Shown: positions 30,202-39,155 of the stretch, in pieces
How positions within the stretch are numbered: the stretch's first letter is position 1
Layout: every line of letters starts with the position of its first letter
NCBI GenBank assembly: GCA_964508365.1
Contig: CAZDTP010000006.1
Span: 45,777-109,776 of the forward strand
Source of the DNA: an uncultured archaeon
Lineage (GTDB): Archaea; Asgardarchaeota; Lokiarchaeia; Sigyniarchaeales; SOKP01
Direction: 5' to 3'
DNA length: 64,000 bases
Translations under genes and position numbers: made by a program
The notes under the pieces: generated by a model
Told to the model about the DNA's origin: nothing
Database searches by the model: none
Seen by the model: the letters and a program-made list of their open reading frames with translations, nothing else

Positions 30202-31182
30202 TTAATTAGGTGCCTTAAGTTCTTCTAGGTTAACTTCTTGTTCTTGTTGTCGTTTAAACCTTTTAATTTGGTTTTCAATTGCTTTCTCTTCCCTCTTCAT
30301 TAGCTCCTCGTCATTCAATGTGATAGCTTTGAGCTCCTCTTCTCCCATTGGTTTTAAAAAATCTTTAATACTAAAACCATTGTTTTTTTCGGTCGTTTCC
30401 TTGAATTTAGCTTTCATTTCTTTTATTACTAATAATTTTGCCGAAGAACCTCTATTCTGAATAAGAGAGGGGAGATCTGTTTCTATTATCCTTTCAATAC
30501 CCGGTCCCGGGATTCTTTGCGGTATTCTTACGGGTGGTCCAGAAAGTATCGGATTAACGGGTAAATTTTGTAGTGTTAATGAGAGATTTTTTAAATGTTG
30601 TTCTATGCTCTTTAAGGTTTTATTATTCTCATCAATCAATGAAAGTAAAGAATTATCGACTGAAATGTTTTCAATACTTTTTTTCTCGTAGATTGTCGTT
30701 CTCTCCTCAGTATTCTGATTAAAATCTGTTTTTACTGCTTGGATTACTCTTTCTTGAGTTACCTTTGTTCTTTTATTTTTGCTCCCATGTAAATCTATGT
30801 ATTCAAAACCGTCATAACAGTCATCGTTAACCCAAATATCGGAGATGTTAAATTTTTCCGTAAAAGTATACTCAACTTTATGACCGGAGTTTAAGAAAAA
30901 AGTTAGTTTTAAAACCTTGATTTGGATGTCCATAAAACCTTGAATCTCATCTAATTCTATTGAAAATCCTAACCGATTCGTGGCATGGTAAAACTTTTTT
31001 ATTGAAATTAGAGTTGGGGATTGTTTATAATAAATTTCGTGTTTAACAATCTTAGACATTTCAAATTGAAAATTCAAGCGATTAATTTTTTCTGGAAGAA
31101 ATAGAACTTGTTCTTCATCGTTCTTTTCAAATTCTAAGAAAAGATTCTTTTGATCGTCCCAAAATACTTGGAACAATTCCAT
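30202..31182 (-). CDS. Hypothetical protein with beta-rich N-terminus, Pro-rich linker and helical C-terminus
   Basis: 326-aa ORF; GPPVRIPQRIPGPG segment. Confidence 0.7.
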   Translation of the reverse strand: MELFQVFWDDQKNLFLEFEKNDEEQVLFLPEKINRLNFQFEMSKIVKHEIYYKQSPTLISIKKFYHATNRLGFSIELDEIQGFMDIQIKVLKLTFFLNSGHKVEYTFTEKFNISDIWVNDDCYDGFEYIDLHGSKNKRTKVTQERVIQAVKTDFNQNTEERTTIYEKKSIENISVDNSLLSLIDENNKTLKSIEQHLKNLSLTLQNLPVNPILSGPPVRIPQRIPGPGIERIIETDLPSLIQNRGSSAKLLVIKEMKAKFKETTEKNNGFSIKDFLKPMGEEELKAITLNDEELMKREEKAIENQIKRFKRQQEQEVNLEELKAPN

Positions 31183-31344
31183 TTTGGTTATAACCCGTTT
31201 AAATTATCGTTAAATTTTCAAATCAAATTGATTATGTTTAGATTCTATTCCAAACTTTAAAAGAACACGAGTTTACAAAATTATTGATTTACAAGTGTAT
31301 TTCACGTTAGTTTATGGATATCTTCTAAATAAGAAAAGTTTCAA

Positions 31345-31728
31345 TCAATGTTCTTTAAGATTTGTTAGATAATACACAGGTTTTTTAAGAATCTTACTAA
31401 AATAATTGATCTCTTCTCTTGATTGTTCACCTATATAGTTCTCAACATCTAAGACTAATATTACCTCTTGATCGATTAACTTTCTTAGAGCAATTTCTTG
31501 TAATTTATCCCATTCATTATTGTTAAATTTTTCTTTGTTTAATAACCCATCTACAGAGCAGATTGATACTAGTTTTTTATATTTAATTTGTAAAATCGAT
31601 TCGATTTTGATGAAATAATCTTTAAATCGAATTGAACCAACTAAAAAGATTTTAGTTTCCTTGATCCTCGAAAAATCATAATCACGGAATTCGTCCAAGA
31701 AATTCTTATTTAACCTTTCTTTCTCCAT
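31345..31728 (-). CDS. Small protein, nucleoside deoxyribosyltransferase-like/DUF4406-like
   Basis: IFLVGSIRF...VILVLDVENYIGEQSREEINY...KPVYY. Confidence 0.55.
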   Translation of the reverse strand: MEKERLNKNFLDEFRDYDFSRIKETKIFLVGSIRFKDYFIKIESILQIKYKKLVSICSVDGLLNKEKFNNNEWDKLQEIALRKLIDQEVILVLDVENYIGEQSREEINYFSKILKKPVYYLTNLKEH

Positions 31729-31766
31729 AGTAATTGTAATAATACTAGTTCATATTTAATTTTCAC

Positions 31767-32564
31767 ATGAAGTTAGATACAGTCTATTTCGCTGAAAATT
31801 TAGACTTTATGCAAAAAATGAATCCAGATTTTATCGATCTTATTTATATAGATCCACCATTTTATAGTGGGGTCGATTATAAAGATTTTTCTGATATATG
31901 GGGGTCGATTGATGAATATTTAGATTTTATGAATTCACGGATTAAGGAAATGCATCGAATCCTTAAGAAAACTGGAACTTTTTATTTACATTGCGATTCA
32001 AATGCAATTTTTGACTTAAAACCGATATGCGATAAATTTTTTGGGAAAAAAAATTTTCGAAGAGAGGTTATTTGGAATGTAGGAAGTGTTTCAGGATTCA
32101 AAAGCCAAATAAAAGGATGGGTACGTCAGCACGATACGATACTATATTACACGAAATCTGACTCTTTCACATTTAATAAACAATATTTGCCATATAAAGA
32201 GGACTATATTAAAAAAATGTTTAGATATAAAGATGAGAAAGGACGCATCTATCGAAAACGAAGAGGAGGTAAGCAATACTTAGATGAAAGCCTTGGTACA
32301 CTAGTAGGCGATGTCTGGAACGATATATATTCATTTCAGACGATCACAAGATCTAAAGAATATCTCGGTTATCCTACACAAAAACCGGAAAAACTTCTGA
32401 GAAGAATAATTTTATCCTCCTCCAATGAAGGAGATATTATTGCTGATTTTTTCTGTGGATCTGGAACGACTATAGCTGTTGCTAAAAGGTTAGGTAGGAA
32501 ATGGATTGGTGTGGATAATAATCCTAACGCTGTTGAATTGTGTAAAAAAAGGTTAGATTTTTAA
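31767..32564 (+). CDS. Orphan beta-class N6A/N4C DNA methyltransferase
   Basis: YIDPPF (motif IV) precedes YPTQKP and ADFFCGSGTT (motif I); no cognate endonuclease adjacent. Confidence 0.92.
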   Translation: MKLDTVYFAENLDFMQKMNPDFIDLIYIDPPFYSGVDYKDFSDIWGSIDEYLDFMNSRIKEMHRILKKTGTFYLHCDSNAIFDLKPICDKFFGKKNFRREVIWNVGSVSGFKSQIKGWVRQHDTILYYTKSDSFTFNKQYLPYKEDYIKKMFRYKDEKGRIYRKRRGGKQYLDESLGTLVGDVWNDIYSFQTITRSKEYLGYPTQKPEKLLRRIILSSSNEGDIIADFFCGSGTTIAVAKRLGRKWIGVDNNPNAVELCKKRLDF

Positions 32565-32596
32565 TAAATAATCCAAAGCAAAAAAATGTTCAAAAT

Positions 32597-32989
32597 CTAC
32601 TTTTTAAACACGATTTTGTCAATACCAATCCATTCTTTAGCTTCCTCGATGTTAGATACAATTTTTCTTTTAGAGGATTGAGCATGATCTAAGAGATATT
32701 TAATTTCTTCATTTAAAGGTGGGTTTTTTTTAATTATGAAAGCAGATCTAAAAAGTCTTTCATTATTTCTCTTTAAGAGTTCTAAGATAATTTCAATTGA
32801 AGCTATGCTTAAAAGAATAGCATCGGTAATATCGACGATTATGCTCAAATTTTCGTTGATATCTTTTGTTAATACTTTAAATTCTTCTATAAATCTCTCT
32901 GCTACTGGTGGAGGTAAAGTACCAGTTACCTTTATATAGAAACAACTGTCGTTAATTTTTTCAAATTGATACATAATAATTTGAACCAT
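32597..32989 (-). CDS. Small STAS/SpoIIAA-like protein
   Basis: IIVDITDAILLS and SNIEEAKEWIG pattern. Confidence 0.5.
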   Translation of the reverse strand: MVQIIMYQFEKINDSCFYIKVTGTLPPPVAERFIEEFKVLTKDINENLSIIVDITDAILLSIASIEIILELLKRNNERLFRSAFIIKKNPPLNEEIKYLLDHAQSSKRKIVSNIEEAKEWIGIDKIVFKK

Positions 32990-33305
32990 TCAGTTTTAAA
33001 TTAATTTTAAACACTTTACTCATATTAACTTTTTTATTTCAAGGTGAATTAGTATCATTTCTTGGAGGACAAACGATTTAGGCTTTAATCTATATAAAAA
33101 TTTAATGACAAGCAAGGAAAAAATATTAGAAAACACTCCCACATAGGAAAAATCTTCAAGGATTAATCAAAATCTCTTTCAAAATTAACACTGGAAAAAT
33201 TACTATATTAATACTGATATATCATTAAAAAAGAATTTTTCATTTCTAAATATACTAATTAAATGAGATTAGAATTATTTCAATTAAAAAAATAGGGATA
33301 ATTAA

Positions 33306-33764
33306 ATGACTTTTAAATGTGAGATAATTGAACGCGAAGCTCAACATACCCTATCTGTAAGAACTACTAGCGCAGTCCAGAATTTGCCTGAAGTATTAGG
33401 AAAGAACTACGGAGCAATAATGCAATATCTAGGCCAACTGAATAAACAAATGAGCGGTCCTCCATTTGTAGCTTACTACAATATGGATATGCAAAATTTG
33501 GAAATAGAGATTGGAATTCCTGTTTCTAATAAATTATCTGATAAAGATGAAATTAAAGCAAGTGAAATACCCTTCGGAAAATTTGCATCTTGTCTTTACA
33601 TTGGACCCTATAGTGAAATTAGACCTGCTTATGAGTCATTAACAAAATATATTGAGGAACAAGGATATGAAGCAGCGGGGTATGTTTATGAATTGTATCT
33701 AAACGATCCTTCTGAAGTACAACCCGAAAAACTTCAAACAGAAATACTTTTTCTACTCAAATAG
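33306..33764 (+). CDS. GyrI-like small-molecule-binding protein
   Basis: GPPFVAYY, YIGPYSEI..AY, YELYLNDP. Confidence 0.88.
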   Translation: MTFKCEIIEREAQHTLSVRTTSAVQNLPEVLGKNYGAIMQYLGQLNKQMSGPPFVAYYNMDMQNLEIEIGIPVSNKLSDKDEIKASEIPFGKFASCLYIGPYSEIRPAYESLTKYIEEQGYEAAGYVYELYLNDPSEVQPEKLQTEILFLLK

Positions 33765-33777
33765 AATTAATAAATTA

Positions 33778-34650
33778 TCATTTTCCTTTTTTATTCTTCC
33801 ATTCTCTGTAAGAATGCAATAATTTTTTTACTTCTTCTCGTTCTATATTATCTTTTGCGAATTGTTTTTCTTCTCCTTCGATTGGATTCATACCTAAAAA
33901 TAAAACATAGAGCTTTTCAAGTTTTTCCAAACTTTCAAAATTCTTTAAACTCTTTAATTGGTTTGTATCAAGGTATAAAGTTTCTAGATTTACTAACGAT
34001 TCCAAATTTTTGATCTCTGTTATTTTATTACTGTTAAGGTACAGAACAGTAAGTTTAGTCAATGTATCTAAGCCCTTGATCTCTGTGATTTGGTTGTAAG
34101 CAAGAAACAAGCGCTCTAGATTAGTTAAAGCTTCCAAATTTTTGACTTCTGATATTTGGTTTCGATTGAGCTGCAGAACCACGAGATTAGATAATTTTTC
34201 TAAGTTTTGTATTTCCTTTATTTGGTTCCCAACAAGTTCCAATCGTATAAGATTAGTTAATGATTCAAGTCCCTTAATTTCAGCGATCATATTATTATTA
34301 ATCTCAAGCCATTGAAGATTAGATAAAGCATCGAGTCCTTTCAGCTCAAGAATCTGATTTCCATTAAGGAAGATACGGTCAAGCTTGGTCAAGGGTTCTA
34401 AGCCCTCAATTACTGTGATTTGATTATTGCTAAGAAATAGTTGTTGAAGATTTGTTAGCTCTTCCAAACCTCTGAGTTTTGCTATTTTATTGTTTGCAAG
34501 GTCTAAAGCAGTTACATTTTTTAACTTCTCAAGTCCTTTTAGCTCTGTGATATCGATAATATCCATGTAATTTATTGTTAATCTAAAATGACCGAGTTCT
34601 TCTCTTACGTTAAATTTTTTACCTTTAACCTTTACCGATCCAAGCCCCAT
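33778..34650 (-). CDS. Leucine-rich repeat protein (SDS22-like)
   Basis: About nine 22-aa LxxLxLxxNxIxxIxxLxxLxx repeats. Confidence 0.93.
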   Translation of the reverse strand: MGLGSVKVKGKKFNVREELGHFRLTINYMDIIDITELKGLEKLKNVTALDLANNKIAKLRGLEELTNLQQLFLSNNQITVIEGLEPLTKLDRIFLNGNQILELKGLDALSNLQWLEINNNMIAEIKGLESLTNLIRLELVGNQIKEIQNLEKLSNLVVLQLNRNQISEVKNLEALTNLERLFLAYNQITEIKGLDTLTKLTVLYLNSNKITEIKNLESLVNLETLYLDTNQLKSLKNFESLEKLEKLYVLFLGMNPIEGEEKQFAKDNIEREEVKKLLHSYREWKNKKGK

Positions 34651-34760
34651 TATATTCCATCAAAATTAGTTCATATACTTATCTTTAAATTATGCTCTGA
34701 AAATATAAAAAATTTCTCATTTTTCTTTTTTTTTTGGCGAAAATTTTTTTGAAGCAAAGA

Positions 34761-34819
34761 TTTAAATATTAAAACGTCCATCCATATATTGGACGTCAAT
34801 AATAACGATGGACGTTATT
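34761..34819 (+). promoter_or_regulatory. TATA box followed by nested palindromic operator-like sites
   Basis: TTTAAATA 34761-68; AACGTCCATC 34773-82 / GATGGACGTT 34807-16; TGGACGT at 34790 and 34809; AATAACG/CGTTATT at 34801/34813. Confidence 0.65.
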
Positions 34820-34850
34820 TATTTAGTTTTAAAAAAAGAGGAGGGAAAAA

Positions 34851-35693
34851 ATGAATTCCAAAATAATATTTCTTAGAGATAAGCAAATGAATGATTTAAA
34901 GAACTTTTTTAAGAAAATAGAATTTTCTACCGAGAACGTATCTAAAGAGTTTAATATTGAAGAAATTTCCTCTCAAATAAGTGAGAAATATGAAAAAACG
35001 ATTAGTCCAGGGCAAGCAGAAGCAGTCCTGCGTCGAGTTATGGGAATTACTCTTTCAAGTAAAGAGCGTAGCCAATTATACGATTTACGGAAAAAAATCC
35101 AAAGATATGAAAAGTTTTTAACTAATTTTACAGAATGGGGAGTAAAATATGATCATTTGCTAAAAATGATAATTCTTGGTCTAACAGAAGAACAATCTGA
35201 TTATCTTCCACATGTTTTTAATAAACTGAACCTAGTTCCTGAGAGGGATGTAATTGGTGTTAATTTTTTCACAAAGTTAACTGAAAATTTCGATAAAACC
35301 TTAACAAGACTACAAATCTGGGATGTTACAAGTAGCAACCGATTTGCCACTATAAGACCCCAATACTATAGAGGTGCAGCAGCAGCAATTCTAGTGTTTA
35401 ACAAAGAAAATCGTGACTCTTTCGATATGATTAAAAAATATTATAATGAATTTAATGAAATCACGGGGTTAAAATTTAAACTTAAACTTAAAAGTAGAGT
35501 TCTGAAGGAGATTTCTATACCCATAGCACTTGTGGGTATAGGAAGTAATTTAGTCATACCATATGAAGAAATTTTATCTCTTACTAAAGACATAGGAGCC
35601 AATTATTTTGAAATAGGAAATATAGAAGATGACCGCTTTCAAGAAACGCTCGATCTTATTGCCACTCAAATATTAGTAAAACTTCAAGAATAA
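34851..35693 (+). CDS. N-terminal HTH-like domain fused to a degenerate Rab-like small GTPase
   Basis: IGVNF, LQIWD, RFATIRPQYYRGAAAAILVF and IPIALVG are Rab-like; G1 and G4 degenerate; SD GAGGAGG. Confidence 0.75.
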   Translation: MNSKIIFLRDKQMNDLKNFFKKIEFSTENVSKEFNIEEISSQISEKYEKTISPGQAEAVLRRVMGITLSSKERSQLYDLRKKIQRYEKFLTNFTEWGVKYDHLLKMIILGLTEEQSDYLPHVFNKLNLVPERDVIGVNFFTKLTENFDKTLTRLQIWDVTSSNRFATIRPQYYRGAAAAILVFNKENRDSFDMIKKYYNEFNEITGLKFKLKLKSRVLKEISIPIALVGIGSNLVIPYEEILSLTKDIGANYFEIGNIEDDRFQETLDLIATQILVKLQE

Positions 35694-35856
35694 ATATATT
35701 TTTATTTTATTTTTTGTATTTAAAGCAAGCTAAGCCATATCTATAATAGAATTATGAAAATATTCCATTTTCCTACTGCTTGGTTCATTTGAGATATCAT
35801 TTTTCACTTACTTTTGAAAAATTAGTATAATATATAATTTTAGTTATGTAAAAAAA

Positions 35857-36522
35857 TTAGGTTAATATTTGTTTATTTTGGGGTGGTTGTATTTTTTCTC
35901 TTTCAGCCAGTTTCTCAGAAAGTTGATTTCTCAGGTTTGAAAGCTTCAAAGCCTCTTTATCTATATCATTAGTTCTAGTAATTAACTTACTATTAATTTT
36001 GATCAATTTTTTTTCTTGTTTACTAATATCTTCTTTTATCCTATTTACTTTCTCTTCAGTTAGAGGCTTTCGCTTTAAGTTAATATATTTGTATTGAATT
36101 TTTGAAAGTTTACTTCGTTCTTTAGCAAGAAGAAATTTATCTCCAACCAAATCTAATTTTTCTTCTGCGATTTCTCTTTCTATTTTAGCGATTTTCCTAT
36201 GAATCTCTGCTATATAAATTTGAACTTCTGCTCTCTTTTCCATATATTTAGCATGATCTAATTCTATCTTTAAACCAGCCTCAGAGAGTTTTAGAATTTC
36301 TTTTACTTCTTGTTTATCTTGTATATATTTCCTTGTTTTCTCTGTTAAGCTTTCTTTAGTTTTTACTAAATCAAAATCTGTTTTAGCCAATGCTTCACGA
36401 GCTTTTGCTCTATCCAATTCTTGGTTTGCAGCTTTTTTAGATTCTTGGGCTAACAACTTTTCATGATTGGCGATTTTGAGGTTATAATCTGCAATTTTCT
36501 CTATATTGGGTATATCTTCCAT
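35857..36522 (-). CDS. Coiled-coil protein
   Basis: Continuous K/E/L-rich heptads. Confidence 0.7.
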   Translation of the reverse strand: MEDIPNIEKIADYNLKIANHEKLLAQESKKAANQELDRAKAREALAKTDFDLVKTKESLTEKTRKYIQDKQEVKEILKLSEAGLKIELDHAKYMEKRAEVQIYIAEIHRKIAKIEREIAEEKLDLVGDKFLLAKERSKLSKIQYKYINLKRKPLTEEKVNRIKEDISKQEKKLIKINSKLITRTNDIDKEALKLSNLRNQLSEKLAEREKIQPPQNKQILT

Positions 36523-36785
36523 AACATCACCTTCGAAATTACTTTTTTATAAAATTTATTATAACTTAGATATTTTTTATTAGTGCGAATTCAAGTAAAA
36601 AATTTTATTATGATAGTTTATAAATTTTTATATAAAAATTATAACAATCTATTTTCATGAAGGAAAAAACAAGAAAACGATAATTAGATCTGATAGTTAT
36701 GGAGATGAATTTGAATATCTCTTTAATTTTATTTCATTGGAGTTGCTCGTAGAGTGTCAAAGTCCATTGTTATAATCCTGAAATT

Positions 36786-37547
36786 TTATACTTTCTTAAA
36801 GTTCTCAGGCACATTTAGATTTATTTCAAAGAGTTTATCTTGAATTTTATTCTTTAATTCCTTAGAGAAATTATTAACTATCTCATCTGGAACATAGTTT
36901 AGGTATTCGTTTATTTCACTCTGAATTATCAATCCTAACTGATTCATTAATTCCTCAGTAGTTTCGTGTTTCCTTAAGTAAATATTTTTGTAGGTCTGAA
37001 TATATCGCATATTGAACTTTTTTAACCATCGTTTACCTTTTTGTTCCATTAGAGATAAAATTTGTCTAGAGCTTGAATCATTAAAGTTTTCATATTCATA
37101 TTCATATTTAATTAGCTTATCTTCGCAATGTTTTATAACTTGAGCTCTCTCTTTTGAATTTAAGTCTGTATTGGAATTAAGAAAAATGATAACCATAAAT
37201 TTCTCAAGCAAAAAGTAGATTTGAGCTTTAATATTAGAACCATAGATTTCGAGGTGCGAGAGGTTTTTTATGTTAGCTTGCCCAGCAAAGATTTTAAACG
37301 AGCTTAAATACATCGAAACCAAGTCAAGTTCTAAAAGATTTTTTTGATCCTCTGATAAGTAAGATTTAATAGGTCTATAATCGTCATCCTCATTTGAATC
37401 ATACTCAAAAACCGTAATAGTGTTCCCATACTGATCTGCGATAATAATTCCAATAATCGGGGGTATGACATTAAAATTATGCGTCCGATAAACGGTTTCT
37501 GTTAATTTTTTTTCAACGAAACTATTACCTTTCTGAGCTTCGAGCAT
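36786..37547 (-). CDS. Hypothetical protein, possible longin/roadblock-like domain
   Basis: IIGIIIADQYGNTI beta-hairpin, helix DLVSMYLSSFKIFA, three beta strands, then a helix. Confidence 0.5.
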   Translation of the reverse strand: MLEAQKGNSFVEKKLTETVYRTHNFNVIPPIIGIIIADQYGNTITVFEYDSNEDDDYRPIKSYLSEDQKNLLELDLVSMYLSSFKIFAGQANIKNLSHLEIYGSNIKAQIYFLLEKFMVIIFLNSNTDLNSKERAQVIKHCEDKLIKYEYEYENFNDSSSRQILSLMEQKGKRWLKKFNMRYIQTYKNIYLRKHETTEELMNQLGLIIQSEINEYLNYVPDEIVNNFSKELKNKIQDKLFEINLNVPENFKKV

Positions 37548-37739
37548 AAATCTAAATAAACTTCTACACTATAAATTAAAGAGGGGGTGTTGATTTTTAG
37601 GAAAAAATAGAGAACTTCCGACATTTATGATCGTGAAACAAGTCTTTCACGTACAAACATATCACCCAGCTATGTAAAAAGTTATGATAATTAAATTTAT
37701 GCTATAATTTATTTTGAATCATAAAATCAAAAAAACAAG

Positions 37740-37843
37740 TGGGAGCGACCGGATTTGAACCGGTGACCAACAAGTCTGGAGCCTGCCGCGTTCAGCACTA
37801 TGCACCGAAAGGGCAAAGTTATACCGGGCTTCGCCACGCCCCC
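37740..37843 (-). tRNA. tRNA-Trp(CCA) with a 28-nt D-loop intron (37792..37819, position 21/22)
   Basis: GGGGGCG/CGCTCCC+A; GCAGG-CTCCAGA-CTTGT; ACCGG-TTCAAAT-CCGGT; BHB-like GGTA/TGCT helix with TAA and GAA bulges. Confidence 0.9.
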
Positions 37844-37992
37844 GTGTTTTAGGAAAATAAGTCGTGGCGTAAATTAATTTGTTTTAAATAACTACTAATT
37901 TATAAATTTACTAATTACTTATTTTATTTCTGTTTTATGATATGTCTTAATAATTTAGGATTAAAAAAATTTTTGAACTTGCACTTTCACTA

Positions 37993-38487
37993 CTAGACAA
38001 TTTTTGATCCACAGAATTCACAAAATCTAAGGTTTTCAGCATTTTTTAAAGATGCCCCGCATGTTTGACAGAAATTTGGTTTTTCTGGTAAATGTTCTCC
38101 CTTATCATATACTTTATACTCAAAGGGTAATTTATCTCCTTCGTATTTGGGGAATTCGAATCCACAATTGTCGCAATAATTAATCTTTCCATCCATGTAA
38201 ATGTTACAATTTGGACACTTGTTTATTAGTTTTAAACCACAATTACGGCAAAATTCTGTGTATATGCTAATAGGAATGTTGCAGCGGGGACAATGTTTTT
38301 TAGATTCTCCAGTATATCGGTAAATGATAAGACCGATAAATGTAATACCTAATATTGGAATTATAATCACTAATAGAATAACCAGTTCAACAAAAAATAG
38401 TCCCATAGTGAGGAAACAAACTATTAAGAAAATAACTAATCCAATTACCACTGAGAAACTTTTTTTGTTGTAATCTCGAACACTCAT
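37993..38487 (-). CDS. Membrane-anchored multi zinc-ribbon protein
   Basis: Two N-terminal TM segments, then six CxxC pairs. Confidence 0.85.
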   Translation of the reverse strand: MSVRDYNKKSFSVVIGLVIFLIVCFLTMGLFFVELVILLVIIIPILGITFIGLIIYRYTGESKKHCPRCNIPISIYTEFCRNCGLKLINKCPNCNIYMDGKINYCDNCGFEFPKYEGDKLPFEYKVYDKGEHLPEKPNFCQTCGASLKNAENLRFCEFCGSKIV

Positions 38488-38549
38488 TAGAGAAAATTTG
38501 TTCTATGTATAAATAGATTCTATAACTAGTAAAGACTTTATCATTTTTA

Positions 38550-38720
38550 TTATAATTCTTTTTTATCTTGTGCTGTTTTACAATAAGGGCAGATTAAAGT
38601 ATCAATAGCAATCTTTTCCCCACAAGCGAAGCATAAATATTCATTATCCCCAAATTGGATTTTTTTTTCAATTACCTTTAGCTCTTTTTCTGTATTTTCT
38701 GGTGTTTTATTATCTGGCAT
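38550..38720 (-). CDS. Small zinc-ribbon protein (56 aa), absent from the ORF track
   Basis: MPDNKTPENTEKELKVIEKKIQFGDNEYLCFACGEKIAIDTLICPYCKTAQDKKEL. Confidence 0.75.
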   Translation of the reverse strand: MPDNKTPENTEKELKVIEKKIQFGDNEYLCFACGEKIAIDTLICPYCKTAQDKKEL

Positions 38721-38936
38721 AATTAATTCAAGTTTGAATTATTTATATCTACATTCTTCTGTAATAATGAATTTGTGTAAAGTCTATAAAAAAAATGGAG
38801 TCCAATATTTATTTAAGCTCCTAAATAATCCAAGTTATGACAAAATTTAAGAGCTATTCATTATTTTAGAGATGTATAATATATACTTTTAAGTTCTATC
38901 ACTAAAAAAACATATAATTTAGGAGATTTATAAGAA

Positions 38937-39140
38937 ATGCCAGGATCTCATGGAAGCTTAACAAAAGCTGGGAAAGTTAAACAACAAACACCCAAAATAG
39001 AAAGAAGTGGAGTAAATTCGAGGAAGAAAAAATCACCTCGGATGAGATTTCGTACTCTATATATACAAAGAATAGAGAAAGGTAAATATGGAGGGCAACG
39101 AGAATCTCTAGGTGCTAAGCGAGCAAGCTACAAACGATAA
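38937..39140 (+). CDS. rps30e: Ribosomal protein eS30
   Basis: HGSLTKAGKVKQQTPK signature. Confidence 0.93.
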   Translation: MPGSHGSLTKAGKVKQQTPKIERSGVNSRKKKSPRMRFRTLYIQRIEKGKYGGQRESLGAKRASYKR

Positions 39141-39155
39141 CGATTTTTTAAATAA

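Noticed and set aside
30380-30560. Pro-rich segment plus amphipathic helix reminiscent of a WH2 actin-binding module
   Set aside because: The LKKT-like motif is absent; resemblance too weak
36720-36745. Minus-strand CAATGAAATA identical to the start of the selD SECIS
   Set aside because: No complementary arm or 3' GA, and the upstream gene has no in-frame TGA
37632-37651. 7-bp hairpin CGTGAAA/TTTCACG and an 11-codon ORF with GGGTGA SD downstream of tRNA-Trp
   Set aside because: Too little information to separate from a terminator or chance
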